This document shows, piece after piece, positions 1 through 10,162 of a DNA stretch of 56,272 bases. Both the position numbers and the translations under genes were made by a program. The stretch is from Clostridia bacterium (lineage in GTDB: Bacteria > CBDUZB01 > JAGLHV01): assembly GCA_030637025.1 (NCBI GenBank), contig DAOVVV010000016.1, positions 1 through 56,272 of the forward strand, read 5' to 3'. Numbering within the stretch: the stretch's first letter is position 1; every line of letters starts with the position of its first letter. The notes under the pieces are model-generated. The model did no database searches and was not told the DNA's origin. It saw only the letters and a program-made list of their open reading frames with translations.

Positions 1-211
1 CGCCGCTTTTCTTAATCTCATCAGCTGTTATTACCTCAATAATTGCCGGTGCCTCACTTACTTTCTGTTCATACCGGGCTGCAGTTACTACCAGGTCTTC
101 TTCTCCAAAAAGAGCTAACTCTGTTATACCCCCTTCTTCGCTGGCAAATACACATGGCATAAATAAATTGCACATGAATAATAACATCACTACTCTCGTA
201 ATGGTTTTCAA
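1..211 (-). CDS. TonB-dependent receptor, N-terminal part (truncated by window edge)
   Basis: Not in the ORF track. Manual translation from TTG at 211 (RBS AGGAGGAG upstream) gives MKTITRVVMLLFMCNLFMPCVFASEEGGITELALFGEEDLVVTAARYEQKVSEAPAIIEVITADEIKKSG: signal peptide, TonB-box-like LVVTA and the typical plug-domain start. Confidence 0.8.
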   Translation of the reverse strand, partial: MKTITRVVMLLFMCNLFMPCVFASEEGGITELALFGEEDLVVTAARYEQKVSEAPAIIEVITADEIKKSG

Positions 212-304
212 TGTACTCCTCCTTTTAAAAAGATAATTTTTTGTAAATGTAAAGACCTGACCCCCAAATCTTGTTTTCAAATTTTCAAAAAATCACAACA
301 CGTT

Positions 305-333
305 ATTATAAAAAACAAAAGGATTCCTGTCAA
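305..333 (-). promoter_or_regulatory. sigma70 promoter, perfect consensus TTGACA-17-TATAAT, upstream of TonB-dependent receptor
   Basis: + strand ATTATA at 305-310 and TGTCAA at 328-333, 17 nt spacer. Confidence 0.75.
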
Positions 334-430
334 CTTTTTTATTTTTTTAGTTGGTATCAACACTTTTTTTGGAAGAGATTTTCTTTGGTATGAATTTTCC
401 TTGGGGGATCTTTAACTTCTTTTGAGCGAT

Positions 431-1894
431 TTAGAGTTTAACTAATTCCGAAATAAAATCTCCTGTCCATTTATAAATATTATTTTCTTTGATTAAATCA
501 CGCATTGATTGCATACGGGTTTTTTTGTCTTCCGAGGATAACTCAATCCCCTCTTTTATTGCATCGGCAAAGGTTTCCGTATCATAGGGGTTAACCGATA
601 TTATTTCTTTCAGTTCTCTTGCCGCTCCGGTAAACGGACTTAAAATTAAAACACCCTTTAAATCCACCTGAGCAGAAACAAATTCTTTAGCTACTAAATT
701 CATTCCGTCGTGCAGTGAGCTAACTAACATTAAATCTGCGGCACGATAGTAAGCTAAATGGGTCAGATAATCTAATCGCTCGTTGGTAAACAAAATCGGA
801 TACCAATTACCGGACCTGTATTTCCAGTTGATTTCTTCAATAAGACTCTGGATATCTTCAAATAAACGCTTATAACTTTTTATGTGCATTCGGGAAAGTG
901 CACCGATTTGTAAATATAAAAATTTACCCTGATATTGAGGATATTTTTCTAAAAAGCGGTCGATTGCTTTTATTCGCTCTATAATTCCTTTGGTATAATC
1001 TATCCGGTCAACACCTAGAGCAAGAATTTCATAATACGGCCCTATTTGCTGAGGAAGTTCTTCTACTAATTTGCCGGAGACAGGAGAACTTACTTTTTGA
1101 TTTATCGCTTCAAAATCCACACTAATGGGAAAAGCTCTAATCAATGTTTTACGACCTTGATAAGTTACACTCATTTCTTCCCAGTTGACCTTTGCTTCCA
1201 ACTCCTGTTCGGCAGCATAGAGAAAGTTATGACAATGATATCTCAGGTGAAATCCTAAAAGGTCACAGGAAAGCAGCCCCTCTAAAATTTCTTTTCTTTG
1301 CGGACAAATACGAAAAACTTCCGGATTGGGCCAGGGAATATGCCAAAACAAAGAAACAATTGTATCGGGAAATTTTTCTTTTATATATTTACCGCAAAGG
1401 GTTAAATGATAATCCTGCAGCCAGATAAAAGACTTTTCCCCTTTCATTTCTTCCATAATTGACTGTGCAAAATAATTATTTACCTTTTTATAATATTCCC
1501 AATCGGAAATATTAAAAACAGGTTTTTGATAAGCAATGTGGGCCATAGGCCAAAGGGCAGAATTGGAATATCCGTAATAATATCCATTTTCTTCCTCTTT
1601 ATTCAACCAGACTCTCTTTAAGGTATATGCCGGATTATAAGGTGGAACTTTAATCCGGTTGTTTTCATCTACTACCCCTTTATCGGCATCACCACTACCA
1701 TAAGCTACCCATGTTCCCCCGACAACTTGCATTACCGGATCCATAGCAATAGTTAATCCACTAATTGCTTTTATCCATTTAATCTTTTTCGCTTTATATT
1801 CATGAACATAGGGTTCACGATTGGAAGCAATGATGAAATTGTAACCGGCTAATTTTTCCTTTAACTTGTCTTGCAAACTTTCTTTAGTCCACAT
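431..1894 (-). CDS. otsA: GT20 alpha,alpha-trehalose-phosphate synthase-like glycosyltransferase
   Basis: Motifs SNREP, WLQDYHL, FWHIPWP, GVDRIDYTKGI, SLHDGMNLVAKEF. Confidence 0.88.
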   Translation of the reverse strand: MWTKESLQDKLKEKLAGYNFIIASNREPYVHEYKAKKIKWIKAISGLTIAMDPVMQVVGGTWVAYGSGDADKGVVDENNRIKVPPYNPAYTLKRVWLNKEEENGYYYGYSNSALWPMAHIAYQKPVFNISDWEYYKKVNNYFAQSIMEEMKGEKSFIWLQDYHLTLCGKYIKEKFPDTIVSLFWHIPWPNPEVFRICPQRKEILEGLLSCDLLGFHLRYHCHNFLYAAEQELEAKVNWEEMSVTYQGRKTLIRAFPISVDFEAINQKVSSPVSGKLVEELPQQIGPYYEILALGVDRIDYTKGIIERIKAIDRFLEKYPQYQGKFLYLQIGALSRMHIKSYKRLFEDIQSLIEEINWKYRSGNWYPILFTNERLDYLTHLAYYRAADLMLVSSLHDGMNLVAKEFVSAQVDLKGVLILSPFTGAARELKEIISVNPYDTETFADAIKEGIELSSEDKKTRMQSMRDLIKENNIYKWTGDFISELVKL

Positions 1895-1906
1895 TTCTTT
1901 TCCCCT

Positions 1907-3001
1907 CTATTTTAGAAGAAGCATTGCATCACCAAAGCTGTAAAAACGGTATTTTTTCCTGATAGCTTCCCTGTATGCATTATTTATTAAATCAATTCCT
2001 TCCTGATTTGTTTTACCGGCAGAGGCAAAAGCACAAACCAACATTAACAAAGTAGATTTAGGTAAATGAAAATTGGTAATTAACGCATCTGCTATTTTAA
2101 ATTTATATCCCGGATAAATAAAAATATCTGTAGATTTTACCCCGGAAACAACTCTTCCTTCTTTGGCAGAACCCTCTAAAGCCCTTACTGTAGTAGTCCC
2201 CACACAAAAAATACGCCTGTTTTTCTTCCTGGCCCGGTTTATTCTTTGGGCAGCATCCCGGTTGATTTCATAATATTCTTTATGCATTTTATGCCGGATT
2301 ATTTCATTCACCCGTACCGGTTGAAAGGTTCCCCGTCCTACATGTAAAGTTATAAAAACTATTTCTATTCCTTTTTTTTTTATTTTGTCCAACAGATTAT
2401 GGGTAAAATGTAATCCGGCTGTAGGAGCAGCTACCGCTCCTTCTTTTTGCGCATATACCGTCTGATATCTTTCTCTATCCAGACTTTCGATAGGGCTTGT
2501 GTTTCTATTGTTTATTTTTTCTCTTCTAATATAAGGAGGTAAAGGAACTTTTCCGATTTGCTCCAGGATATCAGAAAAATCAGCTTTACTTTTAAATTTA
2601 ACAATACCGCTTTCTCTTTCCTTCTTAACAACCAGGCCTTTAAGTAATCCTCCTGAAAAAACAATATTTGTCCCTTCTTTTACTCTTTTAGCCGGTTTAA
2701 AAAGAACTTCCCATTCCTGACTTGTCTTTTTACTTTTATTACACTTACGAAGGAGAAAAACTTCTATTTTCCCTTTAGTATTTTCTTTTTCACCAAACAA
2801 TCTTGCCGGAATGACCCTGGTATTATTAAGGACTAACAAATCTCCCTTTTTTAAATATTCAATAATATTACTAAATTTTAAATGCTCAATAGATGCATTA
2901 TTTGTTTTTAAGACCATTAAGCATGAATTATCCCGTTCAGGATCAGGACTTTGAGCAATTAAGCTAGGAGAAAGATTATAATCAAAATCGTTAAGTTCCA
3001 C
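1907..3001 (-). CDS. queA: S-adenosylmethionine:tRNA ribosyltransferase-isomerase
   Basis: PLPPYI, RYQTVYA, AAPTAGLHFT, TNFHLPKSTL, YRFYSFGDAML. Confidence 0.97.
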   Translation of the reverse strand: MELNDFDYNLSPSLIAQSPDPERDNSCLMVLKTNNASIEHLKFSNIIEYLKKGDLLVLNNTRVIPARLFGEKENTKGKIEVFLLRKCNKSKKTSQEWEVLFKPAKRVKEGTNIVFSGGLLKGLVVKKERESGIVKFKSKADFSDILEQIGKVPLPPYIRREKINNRNTSPIESLDRERYQTVYAQKEGAVAAPTAGLHFTHNLLDKIKKKGIEIVFITLHVGRGTFQPVRVNEIIRHKMHKEYYEINRDAAQRINRARKKNRRIFCVGTTTVRALEGSAKEGRVVSGVKSTDIFIYPGYKFKIADALITNFHLPKSTLLMLVCAFASAGKTNQEGIDLINNAYREAIRKKYRFYSFGDAMLLLK

Positions 3002-3002
3002 T

Positions 3003-4247
3003 TTACTCGCTCCATTTTTCCAGGCGTGTATGAGGATAATAAAAATTCAAAATACGCTTATACTTATATCCCCGCAAAGACAATCCTTTTGCCCCCCATT
3101 GGCAAAACCCTACTCCATGACCCCATCCCCGGCCAAAAAACTTAATCATTTCACCTTCTCTTCTCATATTAAACAGAGAACTTCGAATAACCTGATAACC
3201 CATTAATGCCCGAAATTTACTTCCGCGCAATTCTAATGAACTTCGACTATGCACGATTTTTACTTTTTTTACCCGGCCGGAACTGTTTCTTTCGGAAATT
3301 ACCAGTCTTTTTATTTTACCTACAGAATATCCTTTGTTCCTTAAAGTTTTTTCTATAAGGTGCAAACTTAAACGCCGCTCCCACTTATAATGGGGAGCCT
3401 CTTTGCAAAAACGGCAGGTCACTCCTTTTAAATAAGGGGAAGACTGAGCACCCCCCCATGCCCCTGATTCACTTTCGGTGTGTCCCCCACAACAACTATG
3501 ACAAAAGGTTTTAGCTATCTTACCCTGATAGGTTAATACTTCCCCCCAGGTAGCATATACTGCCTGGTTAGTACGGGAATCTTCGGCCTGTATGCCGTTA
3601 AATACCTGACAATGAGTAGTATCACATAAATCAAACCCCTGGCTTCTATGTTTTCCCATATGTTTTAAAGCATAGGTTCTGGCTACTACTGCCTGAGCTT
3701 TTAAAGACTCTGCCGGCCAGAGAGGAGAAACCTCCTGGGTCATAATTCCACAAACATATCCTTCTATTCCCAATTCATTAATTACAATTAAATGGTTATT
3801 CTTTTTTTTAATTACTACGGTATCCCTGTACCGCCTTTTATTTACTTTAATCCCATAATCACCGGATAAAGGAACAAAACTAATCTGAGAACTTAACAAA
3901 TAAGTGCCTACGCTTATCCCCCGCGATTGAGGCATAACTTTATAAACCTTTCCTTTTTCCAGAGAAATTTTTTCGGAAGTGAATATATCTATTACCTCGT
4001 ATTTTTCTTCCGACGAAATACAAACCGACCGTGCATCCGGTAATACCCCTATCCGGATAATTGTTTCCGGTAACCTTTTTGATGATAACTTACTTTTTTC
4101 TACCACAACTGCAGGTTTTTTCTCTATTTGTTTCTTTGTCTCCCGGGGAGATAAGTATATATCTCTTCGATAAAAAACAGGTGTAGTACAACTATTGAGC
4201 GTAAACATCATTATCCCCAGCATTAATATTTTTATTCTTCGCATCAT
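3003..4247 (-). CDS. SpoIID/LytB domain protein (putative lipoprotein lytic transglycosylase)
   Basis: ESLKAQAVVARTYA, FDLCDTTHCQVF, GRGWGHGVGFCQWGA; lipobox-like LNSC. Confidence 0.9.
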   Translation of the reverse strand: MMRRIKILMLGIMMFTLNSCTTPVFYRRDIYLSPRETKKQIEKKPAVVVEKSKLSSKRLPETIIRIGVLPDARSVCISSEEKYEVIDIFTSEKISLEKGKVYKVMPQSRGISVGTYLLSSQISFVPLSGDYGIKVNKRRYRDTVVIKKKNNHLIVINELGIEGYVCGIMTQEVSPLWPAESLKAQAVVARTYALKHMGKHRSQGFDLCDTTHCQVFNGIQAEDSRTNQAVYATWGEVLTYQGKIAKTFCHSCCGGHTESESGAWGGAQSSPYLKGVTCRFCKEAPHYKWERRLSLHLIEKTLRNKGYSVGKIKRLVISERNSSGRVKKVKIVHSRSSLELRGSKFRALMGYQVIRSSLFNMRREGEMIKFFGRGWGHGVGFCQWGAKGLSLRGYKYKRILNFYYPHTRLEKWSE

Positions 4248-4301
4248 CTCCCCTTTTCCAAAATTTTATTTTTTTAAAACTCTACTTTTTCATTTAAAAA
4301 C

Positions 4302-4508
4302 TTATTTACGCATAAAGATACGCAGAATAATCGTCAAAACGATACTTAAAAGAAAACAGGTTGTAATAGGAAAATAAAATTTAAAACTACTTTTTTTTAC
4401 CAGGATGTCTCCGGGCAGGCGGCCTAAAAATGGAATTTTTATACCTAAAGTAAGAATTATTCCTATCAAAACTAAAACCATTCCCAAAAGAATTAAAAAT
4501 TTTCCCAT
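4302..4508 (-). CDS. DUF2905 family small membrane protein
   Basis: GRLPGDI...FYFPITTC signature; usual position between ruvB and spoIID/queA. Confidence 0.88.
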   Translation of the reverse strand: MGKFLILLGMVLVLIGIILTLGIKIPFLGRLPGDILVKKSSFKFYFPITTCFLLSIVLTIILRIFMRK

Positions 4509-4530
4509 CTATTATTTTCTATCTTCCTTA

Positions 4531-5085
4531 TTATTTTTCTGCTGCTGCATCAAATCTTTCCTTTTCACTAAAAATACATCCGCAATACTGTTGCCGATAT
4601 AAATCTAACTTTTTAGAGATTTCAATTCCTTCCTTCCAGCCCAAACGAAAATCCTGATAATAGAATTCTATATTATAGGTATGAGCTAATTTCTGTCCCA
4701 ACTCTTTTATGTTTTCATGCATTTGAAATTTGCTATAAAGCAATGTAGTGGAAAAACTATCAAATTTTTCTTTTTTTGCTCTTTTTGCTGTTTCTTCCAA
4801 CCTTAACTGATAACAACCCAAACATCTTTTGTCTTTCTCTTTATACTTGTCTTTTATGATTTCCATCCACTCTTCCAAAGAATATTTTGTCTTGCGGATA
4901 AGAGGTAAATTCATTTCGTTTGAATAATATCCTAAGGTCATCATTCTTTTTTGATATTCTAAAAAGGGATGAATATTAGGATTATACCAAAATCCTGTAA
5001 TCGCATATTTTTTATCTTTACTTAAACACTGATGAACATAACAAGTACATGGGGCACAACAAACATGAAGAAGTAATCGTTTCAT
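4531..5085 (-). CDS. queH: epoxyqueuosine reductase QueH (DUF208)
   Basis: LLHVCCAPC, YNPNIHP, RCxxCY, YRQQYCGC. Confidence 0.92.
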   Translation of the reverse strand: MKRLLLHVCCAPCTCYVHQCLSKDKKYAITGFWYNPNIHPFLEYQKRMMTLGYYSNEMNLPLIRKTKYSLEEWMEIIKDKYKEKDKRCLGCYQLRLEETAKRAKKEKFDSFSTTLLYSKFQMHENIKELGQKLAHTYNIEFYYQDFRLGWKEGIEISKKLDLYRQQYCGCIFSEKERFDAAAEK

Positions 5086-5110
5086 TTATTTTTTTCCCAT
5101 TTTCCAGAAA

Positions 5111-5980
5111 TTAAAAATTTATCTTTTCTGTAGGTATCTTCTGTGGCATTTTTATTTTTTCACAAAAGGCAGAAATTTGCTTGCTTATTCTCCAATTATA
5201 AGTAGGATACGGAGAAAGACCTTTTCGGTACAAAGCTTGATAACGCTGCACCAAATGTGGATAATATCTTTTTATTAGACTTAAAAAACGCATTTTTTGA
5301 TTATCCTTTAATATCATTTCACCCGGTACAACATATTTTGCCCCTATTTCTTTTGCTTTTTGAATAAGGTTAATACTTTTTTCTTCATCAGTAAGATAAG
5401 GAATAATCGGCATTAATATTATTCCGGTCATTACTTTTTTTTTGGTGATTTTTTTCATTGCTAACAACCTTTTTTGAAAAGAAGGGGCATGAGGTTCAAA
5501 CATCACTGCCAATTTGGGATCAATAGTAGTTAAAGAAAAAGAAACAGTGCAAAAAGTTTTTTTAGAAATTTCCTGCAGTAAATCCAAATCCCGCAAAACC
5601 AAATCAGATTTAGTCAAAATATGTACGGGAAATTCCAAATCTAAAAAAATTTCCAATAATCTTCGGGTAATATTGTATTTTTTTTCTATCGGTTGATACG
5701 GATCACAAAAAGTACCCATACAAATTATTTCTTTTCCTTTAAATTTGCTTAACGTCTCTTTAAGTAAATACGGAGCATTAGTTTTTACTTTTACTACCCT
5801 GAAAAAATCTTTTTCCTTTTTAAAAGGCAAATACCTGTCTGCCTGTACATAACAATATTGACAGCCATGTTCACACCCTAAATAAGGATTAAGGCTGTAC
5901 CGGCTGAGGAATACTTCATCTTCGTATTCTAATTTCTTTAGTATGGTTGTCGGCTGAATTAATTCATATTTTATAGTCAT
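5111..5980 (-). CDS. radical SAM protein, SPL/Rv2578c-like
   Basis: NPYLGCEHGCQYCY (CxxxCxxC), DPYQPIE, ILTKSDLVLRDLDLL. Confidence 0.85.
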   Translation of the reverse strand: MTIKYELIQPTTILKKLEYEDEVFLSRYSLNPYLGCEHGCQYCYVQADRYLPFKKEKDFFRVVKVKTNAPYLLKETLSKFKGKEIICMGTFCDPYQPIEKKYNITRRLLEIFLDLEFPVHILTKSDLVLRDLDLLQEISKKTFCTVSFSLTTIDPKLAVMFEPHAPSFQKRLLAMKKITKKKVMTGIILMPIIPYLTDEEKSINLIQKAKEIGAKYVVPGEMILKDNQKMRFLSLIKRYYPHLVQRYQALYRKGLSPYPTYNWRISKQISAFCEKIKMPQKIPTEKINF

Positions 5981-6004
5981 AAATTTTATTCCTAAATATT
6001 AAAT

Positions 6005-7054
6005 TTAATTGATATCTAATTCTTGTTGATTTATCTTATCCGTAGCTGAAAACAAATGTTTCGGCTGGACAATATTTAAATGTTCATAAGCTAATTTAGT
6101 GACTATTCTCCCTCTCGGAGTCCGGGCCAGAAAACCTGCTTGAATTAAAAATGGTTCGTAAACATCAGTCATCGTTTCTGTCTCTTCTTTTACTGCAATA
6201 GAAATAGTATCTAAACCCACCGGGCCACCGGAAAAATTTTTAATTATAGTATATAAAATTTTTCTATCCATACTATCCAATCCTTTATTATCTACTTCTA
6301 ACAATTGCAAAGCATCCTGAGCTACTAATTGAGTAATAATTCCATCTGCTTTTATCTGGGCAAAGTCTCTTACCCTCCGCAGCAGGCGATTAGCTATCCG
6401 GGGCGTCCCTCTGCTCCGTTTAGCAATTTCTTCGGTTCCATTTTTATCGATTTCAATATTTAAAATTTTACTGGAACGTTTAACAATAGAAGCTAATTCG
6501 TCTTCTTTATAAAAATCTATTCGTTCAATAATACCAAATCGTTCTCTTAAAGGAGAAGTTAGAGAGCCTGCTTTCGTGGTTGCTCCTATTAAAGTAAAAT
6601 GAGGCAAATCCAATCTAATATTACGGGCGCTGGGGCCCTGACCAATAATAATATCCAAAAAATAATCTTCCATCGCCGGATATAAGGCTTCCTCTACGAC
6701 ACGACTTAAGCGATGAATTTCATCGATAAAAAATATATCCCCATCTGCAAGATTAGTTAATAAAGCAGCTAAATCTCCCACCCGCTCTAAAACCGGCCCG
6801 GAAGTACTTTTTATATTTCCTCCCATTTCATAAGCAATTATATGCGCCAGGGTTGTTTTTCCTAATCCCGGAGGACTGGAAAAAAGACAATGATCTAATG
6901 ATTCCTTCCTCATTTTAGCTGCGGAAAAAAAAATGTCTAACTTTTCTTTTAATTTTTTCTGTCCTACGAAATGCTTTAATTCTTTCGGTCTTAAAGTATA
7001 ATCAATTTGATTATCTTTTTCTTGAACCTTTGGGGAAATAACATGTTCATCCAT
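6005..7054 (-). CDS. ruvB: Holliday junction branch migration helicase RuvB
   Basis: [43 protein letters not shown]. Confidence 0.98.
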   Translation of the reverse strand: MDEHVISPKVQEKDNQIDYTLRPKELKHFVGQKKLKEKLDIFFSAAKMRKESLDHCLFSSPPGLGKTTLAHIIAYEMGGNIKSTSGPVLERVGDLAALLTNLADGDIFFIDEIHRLSRVVEEALYPAMEDYFLDIIIGQGPSARNIRLDLPHFTLIGATTKAGSLTSPLRERFGIIERIDFYKEDELASIVKRSSKILNIEIDKNGTEEIAKRSRGTPRIANRLLRRVRDFAQIKADGIITQLVAQDALQLLEVDNKGLDSMDRKILYTIIKNFSGGPVGLDTISIAVKEETETMTDVYEPFLIQAGFLARTPRGRIVTKLAYEHLNIVQPKHLFSATDKINQQELDIN

Positions 7055-7084
7055 TTTATATTCCTTTTTGCCGTTAATGAAATC

Positions 7085-7684
7085 TTATAAATATTTGAGA
7101 GCATGTTTAATGATTTTTTCAACCTTCTCTTCTTTACCTAAACTCTCTATTGCCATATTTACTGCTTCTTCAGCTTCCCTGTTTTTATATCCCAAAGACA
7201 ACAAAGCTGATACAGCGTCCATCATACACTGTTTATCTTTAAAAATAAAACGATAAGGAGATTCTATTTCTAAAGCGGTAATTTTATCTTTTAATCCTAA
7301 TATTATTCTTTCCGCCTTTTTTTTAGTCAACCCAAAAAAAGTAGTTAAAACTCGCAAATCTTTTTCTATAATTGCTTTCTTAAAATCAGCAAGCGAAGAT
7401 GAAATTTTAGACAAAATTTTAAGGGAGTCTTTAGGCCCGATTTTAGAAATACTATTCAGCAAGAGAAATATTTCCTTTTCCTGTGTGGTTAAAAAACCAT
7501 AAAAAGTACTACCCCCGTACATGGCAGTAGACATCCAGGTATAAAGTTTTAGCTCTTCTCCTATATCAGGTAGTTTCTCATAAGTAAACGAGGAAATGTA
7601 AAGCTGAAAGCCTATATCTTTAACTTCCAGCCAAATAAATTCCTCTGTTTTTTTCTCTAATTTTCCGCGTAGAAAAGCTATCAT
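7085..7684 (-). CDS. ruvA: Holliday junction branch migration protein RuvA
   Basis: MIAFLRG, YGF, IGPK, ALLSLGY; sits between ruvC and ruvB. Confidence 0.95.
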   Translation of the reverse strand: MIAFLRGKLEKKTEEFIWLEVKDIGFQLYISSFTYEKLPDIGEELKLYTWMSTAMYGGSTFYGFLTTQEKEIFLLLNSISKIGPKDSLKILSKISSSLADFKKAIIEKDLRVLTTFFGLTKKKAERIILGLKDKITALEIESPYRFIFKDKQCMMDAVSALLSLGYKNREAEEAVNMAIESLGKEEKVEKIIKHALKYL

Positions 7685-7698
7685 TCTTTCCTCATTAT

Positions 7699-8205
7699 TT
7701 AAAACCCTGCTTTATTGGTTATTTGTAAATATTTACTCGAGTTCAGATGACAAATTGCGACTGCTATGGCATCGGAAGCATCATCCGGCCGGGGAACTTC
7801 CTTTAATTTGAGTAAATTCTTCAGCATATTTTGTATTTGTACTTTTTCCGCCCGTCCATATCCGATTAAAGATTGTTTTACCTGTAAAGCCGTATATTCC
7901 CCAATGGATAAACCGGCCTGACAACCAGTAAGGAGCACTATTCCCCGGGCATGCCCTAATAATAATGTTGTTTTTACATTTTTTGCATAAAATATCTTTT
8001 CTACAGCCATAGTATCCGGTTTATATTTTTTTATTATTTGTGTTAAACTTTTATATATTACACCTAATCTTTCAGGTAAGAGGCAATTCGACTTAGTGGT
8101 TATACACCCATATGCTTTTATTTGTTCACCTGTAGTAATTTTTTCCAAACTGACTACTCCCCAACCTGTATTTACTAATCCCGGATCAACACCTAATACA
8201 ATCAT
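7699..8205 (-). CDS. ruvC: crossover junction endodeoxyribonuclease RuvC
   Basis: LGVDPG, GHARG, GYGRAEKxQ, PDDASDAIAVAICH. Confidence 0.97.
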   Translation of the reverse strand: MIVLGVDPGLVNTGWGVVSLEKITTGEQIKAYGCITTKSNCLLPERLGVIYKSLTQIIKKYKPDTMAVEKIFYAKNVKTTLLLGHARGIVLLTGCQAGLSIGEYTALQVKQSLIGYGRAEKVQIQNMLKNLLKLKEVPRPDDASDAIAVAICHLNSSKYLQITNKAGF

Positions 8206-8253
8206 ATAGATTTAAATCCTTTTCCCTTAATAAATTTAGTCTTCATCGGTTTT

Positions 8254-8991
8254 TTACATTTCTTGTTCGGACATATCAAAATTTGTATAAACATTTTGCA
8301 CATCGTCATTTTCTTCCAGATCATCAATTAAAGCCGTCATTTGTTGGGCTTCTTTACCCTCCAACGATATTTGAGTATGTGCTTGCCGTGTTATTTCACA
8401 AGAAGAAATTTCTATTTTTTTTCCTGTTAAAATTTCTTTCATTTTTTCAAAATCGGCAGGGGTAGTAATAATCTCAAAAACATCTTTATCATCAGCACAA
8501 AAATCTTCTGCACCATATTCAAGAGCCAGAGACATTAATTCATCCTCTTTAATATTGATTTTATCAATAACAAAATAACCTTTAGCAGAAAACATCCAGG
8601 CAACACACCCGCTTTCTCCTAAATTGCCGTTGCGTTTAGAAAAAATTCTTTTTATTTCCGAAGAGGTACGATTCTTATTATCAGTAGTAATTTCAACCAG
8701 TACCGCAACTCCTCCCGGTCCGTATCCTTCATAAAGAAATTCTTCGTAAGTTATTCCCGGGAGTTCCCCAGTTCCTCTTTGAATAGCCTTCTTTATATTA
8801 TCCTGAGGCATATTTCCAGCCTTAGCTTTTTCCACAGCTGTACGCAGACGGGCATTACTGGCCATATCCCCCCCTCCCTGCCGGGCAGCAATATTAATCT
8901 CTTTAATAATTTTTGTAAATAGTTTTCCTCTTTTAGCATCAATGACTGCCTTTTTATGTTTAATCCCTGCCCACTTTGAATGGCCCGACAT
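8254..8991 (-). CDS. yebC: YebC/PmpR family protein
   Basis: MSGHSKWA, YEGYGPGGVA, TDNKNRT. Confidence 0.96.
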   Translation of the reverse strand: MSGHSKWAGIKHKKAVIDAKRGKLFTKIIKEINIAARQGGGDMASNARLRTAVEKAKAGNMPQDNIKKAIQRGTGELPGITYEEFLYEGYGPGGVAVLVEITTDNKNRTSSEIKRIFSKRNGNLGESGCVAWMFSAKGYFVIDKINIKEDELMSLALEYGAEDFCADDKDVFEIITTPADFEKMKEILTGKKIEISSCEITRQAHTQISLEGKEAQQMTALIDDLEENDDVQNVYTNFDMSEQEM

Positions 8992-9071
8992 AGTTTCCTC
9001 CTTTATTTTAATTCTTACTTTTAATAATTAAAATGTTTTCTTTTTATCACAAATAAATAATATCAACATTT

Positions 9072-9986
9072 TTATGCAATTCCTAAATTTTTCAGAAAAG
9101 TCACTGATTTTTTTACCTGGGTTCTGGAAGATTTAGAATGTGCTTCTACTACTTTGATTATATCTTTCGATAAATATTTTTTTATCATTTTAAAATCTAC
9201 TATTCCTACACCGGGGGCCTGATGGTCGGAAAGGCCTTTAACATCGTGTAAGTGCACTCCTAACATTTTATCAGCATATTTTTTCAAATACTCCTCATGC
9301 GCAGGAACAAATTCCAGATGTTGAAAAATTTGTGCATGTCCTGTATCATGCCAGTAATAAACATTATTTCCCCGGAAATGATGCAAAATTACACCGATTT
9401 CCTCAAAACTGGGAATTTCATTATAATAAAAACGATTTTCTATGCCCACCTTTATTTTTAATTTTGCGGCATATTTAGATATTTCCTCTAAACTGCGTAT
9501 TGCCGTGATTAAATAAGGCTTACATTTTCTCTTTCTTTCTTTAAAAAAAAGATCTTTATATATATCATAAATCTTTGTTTTTCCAAAGTCTCTTACATAT
9601 CTAAATAATTCCTGGCCTTTTACTTGAGTTTCTACTTCCCCGGCATGAATAACTACTCCCCGGGCACCAAATTCTTCGGCTAAGTCTATTGTTTTTTTTG
9701 TAAGCTCTACTGCCTGTTTTCTTTCTTCCTTATCTAATGAAGAAAGGCGATAAGCACTAAAAATTGAACGATGCGGGCCAAAATCTTTTAGTTTAGGACA
9801 AAAATTATGAACACTGCTGATTTTTATTTTTCTTCTTTTTACCTGTAATAAAATCTGTTTAAGCATCTCTTCATCTACTTCTACATTTAATTCCATTGCG
9901 GAAAATCCCATATCCAAAATATCTTCCACTAACTTTTTACCGTCTGTGTGTTTTTTAATATTAAATGCCGTAGACAAAGATAACAT
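9072..9986 (-). CDS. sugar phosphate isomerase/epimerase, AP-endonuclease-2-type TIM barrel
   Basis: SVHN, VIHAG, IENR, WHDTGH, HLHD...DHQAPG metal-binding pattern. Confidence 0.8.
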   Translation of the reverse strand: MLSLSTAFNIKKHTDGKKLVEDILDMGFSAMELNVEVDEEMLKQILLQVKRRKIKISSVHNFCPKLKDFGPHRSIFSAYRLSSLDKEERKQAVELTKKTIDLAEEFGARGVVIHAGEVETQVKGQELFRYVRDFGKTKIYDIYKDLFFKERKRKCKPYLITAIRSLEEISKYAAKLKIKVGIENRFYYNEIPSFEEIGVILHHFRGNNVYYWHDTGHAQIFQHLEFVPAHEEYLKKYADKMLGVHLHDVKGLSDHQAPGVGIVDFKMIKKYLSKDIIKVVEAHSKSSRTQVKKSVTFLKNLGIA

Positions 9987-10162
9987 TATTACTTAAGAAT
10001 CCTTAATAGATTTTATCTCAATAAAAAATGAAATATAAATTGCTTTTTTCTATTATACAAAAATTTATAAAATTTTTAAAGATAAAAAATGAATTGCGGA
10101 TAATTTTAATTGATGAACAATTTCAATAAAAGGCAGGAATTAATAAATCGGATTCTGAGGAT

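Noticed and set aside
212-430. Cobalamin or other riboswitch upstream of the TonB-dependent receptor
   Set aside because: Only ~90 nt of AT-rich leader after the promoter; no B12-box or other aptamer core recognisable
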